From contig OZ244999.1 in NCBI GenBank assembly GCA_965223265.1, forward strand, positions 864,001 through 928,000: DNA of 64,000 nucleotides. Direction: 5' to 3'. This document shows, one piece after another, positions 41,063-49,813 of this stretch. Made by a program: the position numbers and the translations under genes. The notes beneath the pieces were generated by a model. That model did no database searches. It saw only the letters and a program-made list of their open reading frames with translations, and was not told the origin of the DNA. The DNA is from Planctomycetota bacterium (GTDB lineage Bacteria > Planctomycetota > UBA8108 > SXIK01). Each line of letters starts with the position of its first letter. The first letter of the stretch is position 1.

Positions 41063-42190
41063 TTAGGAACTGAGCCGTGCCAACGGAGGTGGTACGTCAG
41101 TGCTGAGGAATCGCCAGAGCGAAATGAGCAGCTTTCTGGCTAAGGCGACGATTCCCGCCTTGCGCGAGCGCTTGGTGCCTGGCCCATAGCGCTGGCAGAA
41201 CCATTGAGATAGCTGGCTCTGTGGCTGAAAGCGCAGCCAGTTCCAGGCAGCCTGAACCATGAGTGTGCGTACACGCCCGTTGCCAGCTTTGCTGATTCCT
41301 TGCTCGCGTTTGATGTTGTCACTGCGCCAGGGAACGCTCACCATTCCTGCCAGGGCTCCGATTTCACGGCGATTGTTGAACTTACGCCAGAAGAACTCGT
41401 AGTAGAGCGTTGCGGCAGTGTACATGCCGATGCCGCGCAGGCTGTTGAGCTTGCCGACTTTCTTGCAGGCCTCCGGCGAGTTGGTGAGCGTTTCGAGAGT
41501 CTCGGCCTCAATCTCAGCGATTTGCTCTTCGACAAGCTGCAGCCGAGCGTGCTCGCGTAGCATGCCTGCCTTGGCATGCGGGGGGATCGCAGATCCATCG
41601 GGGCCGCGTAACGTGTCGATGATTTCAGGCAGCTTCTTGAGGCGGGCGCGGATGCCGAACTTGATCAACATGTCCTTGAGGCGATTGATGTGCCGAGTGC
41701 GATCCTTGACAAGGCGCTGACGCTCTCTTGGCAGGCGGCGCTCGTCCTCGATCTGCACGCTCGGCACGTTGACAACGCGCAGTGGGCTGCGCGACGAGCC
41801 GTGGTGACGGATCAAAAGATCGAGCATCTTCTCTCCGTCGAGGCGATCGGTCTTTTGACGCTTGGCGCGCTGATCGACCTCGCAGCTAGCCGGGTCAATG
41901 ACGGCGTTGTGGATCCCACTGTCTACGAGCCAACGGTGCAGCCAGAATCCATCGCGGCCAGCTTCGTAGCAGCTCACCACCTCAGCTTGCGGCGAAAGGC
42001 GCAAGCGCGCCTTGGCTTTCGAGAGCTCTTCCTGAAACTCCGCAAGGTTTCCCGCCTCGACCGTCCTGCAGCGCGGCCGGCTCCCCGCAACACCGCTGAC
42101 GAGCTTCCACGTTGTGTTGCCAACGTCAATTGCCACGTGAAGAACTTCGCTCATGTCGGTAAGCTGTCCCTGGGTCGTTCTTGTTGCCAT
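41063..42190 (-). CDS. IS110 family transposase/recombinase (DEDD RuvC-like + Tnp serine domain)
   Basis: AIDVG, CYEAGRDGFWLHR, KTDRLD, GIG, PWRSD, GISKAGN, ALARKLL; AGGAG SD. Confidence 0.95.
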   Translation of the reverse strand: MATRTTQGQLTDMSEVLHVAIDVGNTTWKLVSGVAGSRPRCRTVEAGNLAEFQEELSKAKARLRLSPQAEVVSCYEAGRDGFWLHRWLVDSGIHNAVIDPASCEVDQRAKRQKTDRLDGEKMLDLLIRHHGSSRSPLRVVNVPSVQIEDERRLPRERQRLVKDRTRHINRLKDMLIKFGIRARLKKLPEIIDTLRGPDGSAIPPHAKAGMLREHARLQLVEEQIAEIEAETLETLTNSPEACKKVGKLNSLRGIGMYTAATLYYEFFWRKFNNRREIGALAGMVSVPWRSDNIKREQGISKAGNGRVRTLMVQAAWNWLRFQPQSQLSQWFCQRYGPGTKRSRKAGIVALARKLLISLWRFLSTDVPPPLARLSS

Positions 42191-42333
42191 CTCTTCACTC
42201 CTAAAAAAGACTATGGTACACGAGGACGGCCCATAGTTTCTGAGACGGAGACGGAAGGCAGAGACAGAGGCCACGCCCACGCACACCGATTGAGCTGAAC
42301 GTAGAGAAGAGCTCTGCTGCCCCGGGCGTGCGT

Positions 42334-42469
42334 GCGGCGGCGGTTTTGTCGATCGTAACCGAACGAGAGACGGCCTCAAGGGTGCCCTCGCTGCGCTCGG
42401 CGCTTCGCGCCTTCTGAGAGTGACCGCGCCCCGTCTCTCGTTCGGTCGGCGGCAGTGAAACGCCGCCGC
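42334..42469 (+). other. Branched hairpin (structured RNA or REP-like element) upstream of the four-helix-bundle gene
   Basis: Perfect 16-bp IR 42358-73/42431-46, outer 9-bp IR 42334-42/42461-69, inner CTCGCTGCGCTCG and CGCTTCGCG motifs. Confidence 0.7.
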
Positions 42470-42514
42470 GTCGGGCGTCGGCGACAGGTCACTCAGCCGT
42501 TACCGGAGTCACAC

Positions 42515-42837
42515 ATGGGCTTTCTTGCTCTGGATCACACTTTTGGCATTGTTCGTCAGCTGCGTCCCCTTGTCTCGAGCATCCGTCGTCACGACTCAAA
42601 GCTTGCCGCTCAGCTGCGCGATGCCGGTTCGTCTGTGGCACTCAACCTTGGCGAGGCAATCGGCGTCAAGGTCGTGACCGCGGACACCTTTGGCGCATTG
42701 CTTCGGGTAGCGCCGAAGAGGTGCGCACGGCGCTCAAGGTTGCCGCAGCGTGGGGCTATATCGATGCATCGCAGATCGACGCGGTACTTGCGGACATCGA
42801 TGCGCTGCAGGCGATGCTTTGGAAGCTGATTCGCTAA
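42515..42837 (+). pseudogene. Four-helix bundle protein (23S rRNA IVP / Avd-like) with a single-base frameshift
   Basis: GGAG SD; LAAQLRDAGSSVALNLGE continues in another frame as GNRRQGRDRGHLWRIASGSAEEVRTALKVAAAWGYI...LWKLIR*; one G missing near 42655. Confidence 0.85.
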
Positions 42838-42884
42838 CGTGGCCTCGGCTCGCTGCGCTATTCGGTGCGGCGGGTTTGATAAGG

Positions 42885-42950
42885 AGGCAGAGTCGGATAC
42901 AGATCCGGAGTCAGGTGCAGACTCAGCGGCACCCCACGCACACACCGCAT
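42885..42950. repeat. Degenerate GANNCN hexamer tract downstream of the four-helix-bundle gene
   Basis: gag gca gag tcg gat aca gat ccg gag tca ggt gca gac tca, then CCCACGCACAC as also seen near 42276. Confidence 0.7.
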
Positions 42951-43031
42951 CACCGGTCGCCCGGCGCTCAGCTCGCAACCGTCTGCGCGAACCCTGGGCG
43001 CTTCACGGTGAGCCTTGGCGGCAAGAGCAGC

Positions 43032-44642
43032 CTAAAAGCCCGTGCCGTCCTGCGTGCGTCGGAAGCGGTAGTAGACCTCGAGCGTCATGGCGCCAATCGC
43101 CGTGGAGTAGACGCGGCCCCCTGCGATGCCCCACTCGCCGATGGGGTCCCAGCTGCCGTCTTCGTCGCCGCCAACGCGCTGCGACTCGAGGAGGGCTTGC
43201 TGCATTTTTGGGTTCCATTCCGCCCACGGTTTGCCGCCGTACTGAAAGAGCGCGTAGGAGGCATAGTACCAGTAGTACAGGTTGATCGTCGAAAGCACGC
43301 GCCCCTTCTGTTCGCGCCACTCGGGTGGGTGACGCATGAGCACGCTGACGCCGCCTTTGATCGCTGCGTCCTTTCGCGTCTCACCAGCGAAGAGGCGGCA
43401 AAGTACGGCTACGGCTGTCATGCACGACGGTTCCTTCGAGTACGGGTACGGTTCGCCGAAGTCATCGAGCTTCGACCCCGGGTCGCCGGGGTCCTGATAG
43501 CCTGTGCGCCCTCTGGTGTTGGTGGCCGCGCGGAACCATTCGAGTGCACCGGAAAAGGCCCGGTCATACTCTTCCGTTTCGATGTCCAGCTTGTAGTTCT
43601 TTGCGGTCTTCAGAGCTAGAACCATCCAACCGGTGACGGAGGTGTCGTTGTCGCCGTCGGCGATGCCGTAGCGCCAACCAAGAGTGTCGTTGCGAGCGCG
43701 CAAGATCAACTTGACGGCGTCTTCCACCGAGTTCTTGAGGAGAAAGTCGTCAGACATGACGAGAAGCTCGGCCATCGCCATGGTTGCAATGGCGTGGTTG
43801 TAGATCCAGTGCTCGTCATTGCTTGGACCTAGCTGGCCGTAACGGCCATTGGAGTCGACGTCGGAGCTCTGTACTTGCTGCTTTTTCATGTAGTTCATGG
43901 CGCGCCGCAGCACCTGGCGGTACTCGGGAATCTCACCGAATCTGTGGGTGTGGCCATATCCAAGAAAGGCCAGCATGGCGAGACCGGTGACGCCAACATC
44001 GGCGGTCTCCCAGCCGCGGTCGGTGGGGTACCTTTTATGGTTTTTGTTGCGGCTCTCACCGCGTTTCGAGCGTTCGGCGAAATCGGCAGCATGCCAGCCG
44101 CCGTCGGAGCCTTGGTGGCGCATGAGCCACTCGAGTGCCGCGCGCACCGCCTCCTCGGTCGCAACGCTGCCTCCTTCGGCGATGATCGTTCCACGGTGGG
44201 AACGTTCGCCGTAGAGGCTGGCGGCTCCGCCAGTGATTCCGATTGGTGTCGCCAAGTCGTTTGCGCGGTGGACGTTCGTCTGGTTGTCGAGGCTCGTGCC
44301 CTTCGGGATGTCGGGCGTCACCTCGTCTGGTTTGCGCCGCTCCGGCAGCTCCGTGGGTTTCCGACTCAGGATCTCTTGGTTGCGTTTGACGTCTCGTTTT
44401 CTAGTCGGATCGTACTCCGGTACTTTTTGTGGCGGCCGCACCGTGATCGCCGGCGCCGGTGGCTCCTTTTCTTTCTCCGGCAGGAGAATGGCCAGAAGCA
44501 CGAGCACGAGCGCTAAGTGAAGAACTGCCGAGATGGCCCAGTACGGCGTCTCGGTCAGCCAGCGTGGGCGCTCGTAGACGACGTTCTCATCGCCGTCCCA
44601 GTCGTCGAGATCGCGCCGGTGATGATCGGAGACTTGCGGCAT
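43032..44642 (-). CDS. Prenyltransferase/squalene-cyclase-repeat membrane-anchored protein
   Basis: WAISAVLH TM, ALEWLMRHQGSDGGW, YNHAIAT, GWRY..DTSVTGW, YYWYY, GGRVYSTA..LEVYYR. Confidence 0.88.
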   Translation of the reverse strand: MPQVSDHHRRDLDDWDGDENVVYERPRWLTETPYWAISAVLHLALVLVLLAILLPEKEKEPPAPAITVRPPQKVPEYDPTRKRDVKRNQEILSRKPTELPERRKPDEVTPDIPKGTSLDNQTNVHRANDLATPIGITGGAASLYGERSHRGTIIAEGGSVATEEAVRAALEWLMRHQGSDGGWHAADFAERSKRGESRNKNHKRYPTDRGWETADVGVTGLAMLAFLGYGHTHRFGEIPEYRQVLRRAMNYMKKQQVQSSDVDSNGRYGQLGPSNDEHWIYNHAIATMAMAELLVMSDDFLLKNSVEDAVKLILRARNDTLGWRYGIADGDNDTSVTGWMVLALKTAKNYKLDIETEEYDRAFSGALEWFRAATNTRGRTGYQDPGDPGSKLDDFGEPYPYSKEPSCMTAVAVLCRLFAGETRKDAAIKGGVSVLMRHPPEWREQKGRVLSTINLYYWYYASYALFQYGGKPWAEWNPKMQQALLESQRVGGDEDGSWDPIGEWGIAGGRVYSTAIGAMTLEVYYRFRRTQDGTGF

Positions 44643-44667
44643 GTTTTTGGACCTCAGCTAACTGGCG

Positions 44668-44961
44668 TCAATTCTGCGAACTTCGTGCTGAGCGGTGAGC
44701 GCCGGTGCGACGCTCGGACGGAGCGTCGCGCGCAACACCGCCTGCCGGCTGCGCTGAGCCGAGCGTGGTACGTGGAGGTGTGAACGGGAACGTTGATGCG
44801 GCCGTCGCCTGTGCGGGTTCGTGCGCTCTTTCCCGGGAGGTTAACTCTGACCGAGAGACTTGCCACCACACGGCGCCGCTCACACCCACCGTGAGCAGGG
44901 AAAAGATGGCGACGAAGACGAAGAAGTACTTCTTTTCGTGGCGGGGCTCTTCTTTGGGCAT
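44668..44961 (-). CDS. Small membrane protein, hypothetical
   Basis: Single TM helix; co-oriented just upstream of the cyclase-repeat gene. Confidence 0.5.
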   Translation of the reverse strand: MPKEEPRHEKKYFFVFVAIFSLLTVGVSGAVWWQVSRSELTSRERAHEPAQATAASTFPFTPPRTTLGSAQPAGGVARDAPSERRTGAHRSARSSQN

Positions 44962-45089
44962 GAACTTTCTTCGTGCGAGACGAGCTCTTTGGCGGGGCCG
45001 CAGCGTATTCGAGTTGGGTGCTCTCTGCTACGATCTTCTGTGTTTGGTGCCGGGAGGTTCCGTTCGCTGCGCGCGGTTCACACGGGGCG

Positions 45090-45105
45090 TGGAAGCGACG
45101 TTGCG
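45090..45105 (+). promoter_or_regulatory. Possible sigma-54 promoter for the glycosyltransferase pair
   Basis: TGGAAGCGACGTTGCG keeps GG-N10-GC spacing but deviates from TGGCAC. Confidence 0.3.
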
Positions 45106-45256
45106 TTTGGATCCGTTTGCGCTTGAATGAGACACAATGCAACGACGGTCCCGAAAAGAAGTTCCGAGACCACGCCACCCTCCAAGGATGACGATTATGA
45201 GGGGTGAGGGTTCGGACAGCAAGAAGGAAGGAAAGAGTTCGGTTGAGGTACTGCAT

Positions 45257-46276
45257 ATGACGCGACAGACCCATTCGAGCGATCATCACCGCGTCCGCGT
45301 GGACGCGGGGCGGGGCATCGCCTCGGAGAAGCCCCGCACCGCGGTCGTCATCGTTCACTATGGCGACGCGACACCTCTGAAACTCTGTCTTGCCTCCCTG
45401 CGGCGTTCGCGTGGTGTGGACGTCACCGTTCTGTTGATCGACAACAACGTGCGCTCTGATCGTGCCGCCCAAGCGGCGCTCGCGGCGCGGCAGGCGGGCG
45501 CTGCGTATTACCGTTTTCCCGAAAACCTTGGTTTCGCGGCGGGTGCGAACGCAGGGCTGCGGTTAGCGCGACTATCGGATCCCGACGTCATGGTCGTCGT
45601 CAACTCCGACGTACGTCTTGGGCGAAACTGCCTGGCGACGCTCGCGCGAACCGTTCTCGCGGGCGCCTTCACGGGCATCGCTGGACCGCTCCTCCTTGAT
45701 GCGGCTGCAGTTCGGCGGGTCTGGAACGGCGGCACCTGCGTGGAATGGCCGTCGGCTCGACCACGGAGTCTGAGCGCGGGTGCTTCTTACCGTCGCGTTC
45801 GACCCGACGATCCGGCAGGCGCGGAGGTCGATTTCGTTTGCGGCGCAGTCCTGGCTCTACGGCCTTCTGTTTTCGAACGGCTCGGCGGTTTGGACGAGGA
45901 CTACTTCCTCTACTACGAAGACGCGGATCTCTGTTTTGCGGCGCGACGGGCTGGCCTGCGTGTCGTCGTGCGCTCTGACGCTCGTGCCTGGCACCGCGGT
46001 GGGGCGTCGTTCGACGGCCGTCTGCCGGAGGCCATCTACTACCGAACCCGCAACCGGTTGCTGTTTTCGGCGCGATGGAGTCCGGTGTTGGTGACGGGTT
46101 GGTGGAGTCGGAGCACGACGATCGCACGCGTCCTGGGGCGCGGCGTCGGGAAGATCTTGACCGGCAGAAGGGCGGAAGGTCTGATGTTGTTTGCTGCGAT
46201 TCGGGATTACATCACCGGTCGCCGCGGGCGTGGGCCCTCGCTCGTGTGCGTCGGCGAGGGCGGCCCCGGCACCTGA
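45257..46276 (+). CDS. Glycosyltransferase family 2
   Basis: VVIVHY, IDN, NLGFAAGANAG, NSD, GGLDEDYFLYYEDADLC. Confidence 0.92.
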   Translation: MTRQTHSSDHHRVRVDAGRGIASEKPRTAVVIVHYGDATPLKLCLASLRRSRGVDVTVLLIDNNVRSDRAAQAALAARQAGAAYYRFPENLGFAAGANAGLRLARLSDPDVMVVVNSDVRLGRNCLATLARTVLAGAFTGIAGPLLLDAAAVRRVWNGGTCVEWPSARPRSLSAGASYRRVRPDDPAGAEVDFVCGAVLALRPSVFERLGGLDEDYFLYYEDADLCFAARRAGLRVVVRSDARAWHRGGASFDGRLPEAIYYRTRNRLLFSARWSPVLVTGWWSRSTTIARVLGRGVGKILTGRRAEGLMLFAAIRDYITGRRGRGPSLVCVGEGGPGT

Positions 46277-46311
46277 GCCGAGAGATCTTTTGAGTCACCC
46301 ACTGGCACGAC

Positions 46312-47136
46312 ATGAAGCAGGACGAGATCTCGAGACCACGCGGCCATGAGGTCGATCTCACGATCGTAGCGCCGGTCTACAACGAGGCGGCGAACATTCG
46401 TGAGCTGTCGCGCCGCGTTCGCGCTGTTCTTGGCGACGTGAGCCGGCGTCTCGGGCTGGTTGGTGAGTTCTTGCTCGTCGACGACGGCAGCACCGACGGA
46501 TCGTGCGCCATGGCCGCCGCGGAGAGTGCCAACGATTCGCGGGTACGCCTCTTGCCGCTCGGGCAGAATCGCGGTCAATTTGCGGCTCTGATGGCGGGAC
46601 TTGCTGCAAGCCGCGGCGAGTACGTGATCACGCTCGACGCCGACCTCCAGAACCCGCCTGAAGAGATTCCGCGCCTACTGGCGGCGATGCGTTCTGGTCA
46701 CGATCTGGTGACAACGATCCGCTCGCGGCGGCGTGATTCGACATTTCGACGTCACGCGTCGCGCCTCTCGAATCGCCTATCGACCTGGATCGCAGGCTGC
46801 TCTGTGCGCGATCACGGGTGCATGCTCTGCGGCTATCACGCAGCACTCGTGGATGTGATGTGTCGGCGGCGCTTTGGACTGCGTTTCATTTCGGCTCTCT
46901 CCCGTCTTCATGCCAAAAACCCTGCTGAGGTCGAAGTCGCGCACGCCGAACGGGCCTGTGGGCGTTCACGCTACACGTTCGGACGATTGGTCAAGCTGCA
47001 GCTCGACGCCGTGGTTTCTTTCGCGCGCATGCGCCGCTTGGCGAGACGGCTCAAGCGCAGCGGAGCCTCGCGGACCGCGGTGCCGTCGTCAATTGAGGCT
47101 GGTGGCGGAGCGGCTGACGCGAAGTTCACCAACTGA
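46312..47136 (+). CDS. Glycosyltransferase family 2, ArnC/polyprenol-phosphate glycosyltransferase-like
   Basis: PVYNE, VDDGSTD, NRGQFAA, LDADLQNPPEEIP, DHGCML. Confidence 0.9.
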   Translation: MKQDEISRPRGHEVDLTIVAPVYNEAANIRELSRRVRAVLGDVSRRLGLVGEFLLVDDGSTDGSCAMAAAESANDSRVRLLPLGQNRGQFAALMAGLAASRGEYVITLDADLQNPPEEIPRLLAAMRSGHDLVTTIRSRRRDSTFRRHASRLSNRLSTWIAGCSVRDHGCMLCGYHAALVDVMCRRRFGLRFISALSRLHAKNPAEVEVAHAERACGRSRYTFGRLVKLQLDAVVSFARMRRLARRLKRSGASRTAVPSSIEAGGGAADAKFTN

Positions 47137-48094
47137 AAACGGGTTCACCACGGAGCCGCTTGAGACCTTCTATAGCCAGGTTGCGATCGAACTCTACCGC
47201 CGTCGATGCGGCGATCCGTTCAAGCGCCTCGATGGACGCTGGCGTTCGAATGCGGCCGACGGCCCGAATGGCTTGACGCCGTAGCTTCTTGTCGCGCTCG
47301 TCGAGAAGCCTCAGAAGAACTGGCAGCGCGTCGGGATCCGCGATCTCGCCGAGAGCGTGAGTCGCCGCGATGCGAACGTCCACGGCGTGCTCAGGATCTC
47401 GCGCGAACGCCGCGATCTCGGCGACGTGTTGGCGCAGCCGCGTCTGCCCGAGTCCGCGCAGAGCGGCAGAGACGAAATGCGGGGGGGCAAGTGCGTCGCG
47501 TAGAATTCCGACGAAGCCTGGAGCTGCATCGCGGCCGCGCACTCGCGCAAGACGGACAGAGGCGTTGCGAGCGATCTCCGCGTAGCGGTCGCCGAGCACG
47601 TAGAGAGCGTTGACGCCATCCACACCACCGATGCGTTCCAAGGTGCGTGCAACCTGCTGCAGCTGCTCCGTACCTGGAAAACGTTCGACGAACTCTAGGA
47701 GCGGTCGCGTCACTTCGGTACCAGCCGGCGGAGCGATCCCATCGAGTGTCGATGCCCACTGCGGCTGCAACTTACCATCCAGTACGAGTGCTTCGAGCAG
47801 TTCTGCGTTGCGTTCTTTGACGGCGGCGGCCGCCTCGGGGGTGAGTGTGAAGCGGCGAGATCGCCGCGACGAAGTCGTACGGCTCGCCTTCGGTGTAATT
47901 TCGGATGCCGTGAGAGGCGCGCCGTTGTCGCCGTCCGGCGCATTGGTCTCACCCTGCGGCGCGGCGGGTGTTGCGTCCGCTGGAACGATCGTCTCGCCTG
48001 GCTTTGGTCCCTGACTCCGCAGCAGCGCGGCGGCGAAAGTGATCAGGGCCAAACCGGCGTAGACGAAGAGACTGCGATATCTTTGCCAACTCAT
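47126..48094 (-). CDS. HEAT-repeat protein with N-terminal TM anchor
   Basis: VRIAATHALGEI, LRRQAIRAVGRI repeats. Confidence 0.8.
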   Translation of the reverse strand: MSWQRYRSLFVYAGLALITFAAALLRSQGPKPGETIVPADATPAAPQGETNAPDGDNGAPLTASEITPKASRTTSSRRSRRFTLTPEAAAAVKERNAELLEALVLDGKLQPQWASTLDGIAPPAGTEVTRPLLEFVERFPGTEQLQQVARTLERIGGVDGVNALYVLGDRYAEIARNASVRLARVRGRDAAPGFVGILRDALAPPHFVSAALRGLGQTRLRQHVAEIAAFARDPEHAVDVRIAATHALGEIADPDALPVLLRLLDERDKKLRRQAIRAVGRIRTPASIEALERIAASTAVEFDRNLAIEGLKRLRGEPVFSW

Positions 48095-48111
48095 GACGTG
48101 CTTATCTTAAC

Positions 48112-49560
48112 CTCGAGTTTGGCCATGGAATAGGCCGGTAAAGAAAGACACCTCCGCTACCGATAACGAAGTTGCAAAACACTATTATCGGACGGAGGTG
48201 AAGAGTGTCTCCAGTATCGTCGTTTCTGTCCCTCTTGGCCAGCTTTGCTCCACTGATGACGCCGTCGAGTTTTGAGAACTTCCAGTTGCTCGCCGGTGGC
48301 TGGGTCCTGAGCACGCGACGAAGGACGGTTACCGAGCTCATTCAGCGTGTAGGTGTGGTAGAACTGAAAAGCTACTCGACGTTCCATCGATTTTTCAATC
48401 GCGCACAGTGGTCGATCGACGAAGTTGGCCGCTTGGTACTGTCGCTCGCGCTGCGTCTGATTCCACCGGGTGGAGTTGTCCGCCTCGTCGTCGACGACAC
48501 GCTTTGCAAAAAAGGCGGGCAGCACATCTTCGGCAGTGGTATGCACCGTGATGCTTTGGCGTCGACTCGTAAGCTCGCGAGACTGAGCTGGGGCCACAAC
48601 TGGGTGGTCGTCGGCGTGATCGTCGAGTTCCCGTTCGCGCGTGGAATCTCGTGGTGTCTTCCGATCGCGTTTCGACTCTACGTCACCAAGACGAGACCGA
48701 AGAGCCAGCGGTGGCGTGAAGAGACCGTCTATCGCACACGTCCCGAGCTCGCAGTGGAGATGCTCGAGATGATCGCCAAATGGCACCCAAATAGGCGTTT
48801 CCTGCTGGTTGGCGATTCGGCGTATGGCGGTGGTTCGGTGTTGAGAAATCTTCCCGAGCGGTTTCACCTCACCAGCCGCATCGTCATGGATGCCGCGCTC
48901 TTTGCTCCGCCGCCACGGCGCTATGCGGGTACGGGGCGTCCACGGCGAAGAGGAAAGCGTCTGCCGAGTCCTAAACAGATCGCGTCTTCGAGAAGGCCAT
49001 GGAAAAAGCTGAATCTTCGACTCTACGGGGCGAAGCGTCGCGTTCTCGTCAAAGAGACCGAAGGCCTCTGGCTCAAGAGCGACTACCGCCCCATCAAGGT
49101 CGTCGTGGTGCGCGACCCTCGTGGTGTGAACAAAGACGAAGCGTTCTATTCCACCGACACCAAGGCGTCCGCAACGACCATTCTTCAGACCTACTCGCGA
49201 CGATGGAGCATCGAGGTCGCATTCGAAAACGCCAAGGGGCACTTCGGCTTTGAAGATCCACAGAATCGAACCGTCGAAGCCGTGCAACGCACGGCGCCTT
49301 TCGGTGCGTTGTTGTACAGCATGGTGATTCTTTGGTTCAACGCCCACGGTCATAAGAAATGTCGATTCCCAAATCGCCCTTGGTATGAACGTAAGTGCTT
49401 TGCTTCGTTTAAAGATATGGTCGATACGCTACGAGCCGAATCACTCCACGAGCACTTTCGACGCACCCCGGCTTCTGTTCGGGGGCGACAAAAGACCCTT
49501 CAGGCTGCGTTCGCAGCATTGGGGCTCGTTGCATGACCAGAATCCATGGCCAAACTCGAG
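48112..49560 (+). mobile_element. IS701-like insertion sequence with 18-bp perfect IRs and 5-bp TTAAC duplication
   Basis: CTCGAGTTTGGCCATGGA (48112-29) / TCCATGGCCAAACTCGAG (49543-60); TTAAC at 48107-11 and 49561-65. Confidence 0.92.
48205..49536 (+). CDS. DDE transposase (IS701/IS4 superfamily)
   Basis: LVVDDT, VGDSAYG, GRPRRRG, YSRRWSIEVAF. Confidence 0.93.
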   Translation: MSPVSSFLSLLASFAPLMTPSSFENFQLLAGGWVLSTRRRTVTELIQRVGVVELKSYSTFHRFFNRAQWSIDEVGRLVLSLALRLIPPGGVVRLVVDDTLCKKGGQHIFGSGMHRDALASTRKLARLSWGHNWVVVGVIVEFPFARGISWCLPIAFRLYVTKTRPKSQRWREETVYRTRPELAVEMLEMIAKWHPNRRFLLVGDSAYGGGSVLRNLPERFHLTSRIVMDAALFAPPPRRYAGTGRPRRRGKRLPSPKQIASSRRPWKKLNLRLYGAKRRVLVKETEGLWLKSDYRPIKVVVVRDPRGVNKDEAFYSTDTKASATTILQTYSRRWSIEVAFENAKGHFGFEDPQNRTVEAVQRTAPFGALLYSMVILWFNAHGHKKCRFPNRPWYERKCFASFKDMVDTLRAESLHEHFRRTPASVRGRQKTLQAAFAALGLVA

Positions 49561-49728
49561 TTAACAGCCCGTTGAAAAAGTCATTCGGCCGAGAAACCGG
49601 CCTCTTCACGCCCAGATCGACCGCGTCAATACTCGAAAATCTCGGAGATTACCTGCGTTTGCCGCGGCCGATCTGGACGCGAAGAGACCAGTTTTCGGCT
49701 CGAAGCACTTTTTCAGGCAGGCTGTTAA
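49561..49728. mobile_element. Palindromic MITE copy 3, abutting the IS701-like element
   Basis: TTAA-CAGCCCGTTGAAAAAG...CTTTTTCAGGCAGGCTG-TTAA. Confidence 0.85.
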
Positions 49729-49813
49729 CGTCTGAGCGGTCTCAAGGCGTACGCCTAACCGATAGAGATAGTCTATGCAGCGTTTCCGCGGAGCGATCAC
49801 TCAGCTCAGTCCG

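Larger units (their letters stand above)
40587..42246 (-). mobile_element. IS110-family element with IS1111-like layout (subterminal IRs, long 3' non-coding region)
   Basis: Transposase gene; imperfect IRs CTATGGTCCGAC (40589-40600) and GACGGCCCATAG (42225-42236); GAGAC shared at both junctions. Confidence 0.85.

Noticed and set aside
42191-42379. N-terminal extension of the IS110 ORF as listed in the ORF track
   Set aside because: It runs outside the element boundary; ATG 42190 has an AGGAG SD and fits the family start
40920-42419. CCTTCTGAGA shared between the IS ncRNA region (40920) and the external hairpin (42410)
   Set aside because: A single 10-nt match between regions of this size can arise by chance
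42515-42837. Diversity-generating retroelement
   Set aside because: Only an Avd-like gene is present; no reverse transcriptase and no TR/VR pair with adenine-specific mismatches in the window
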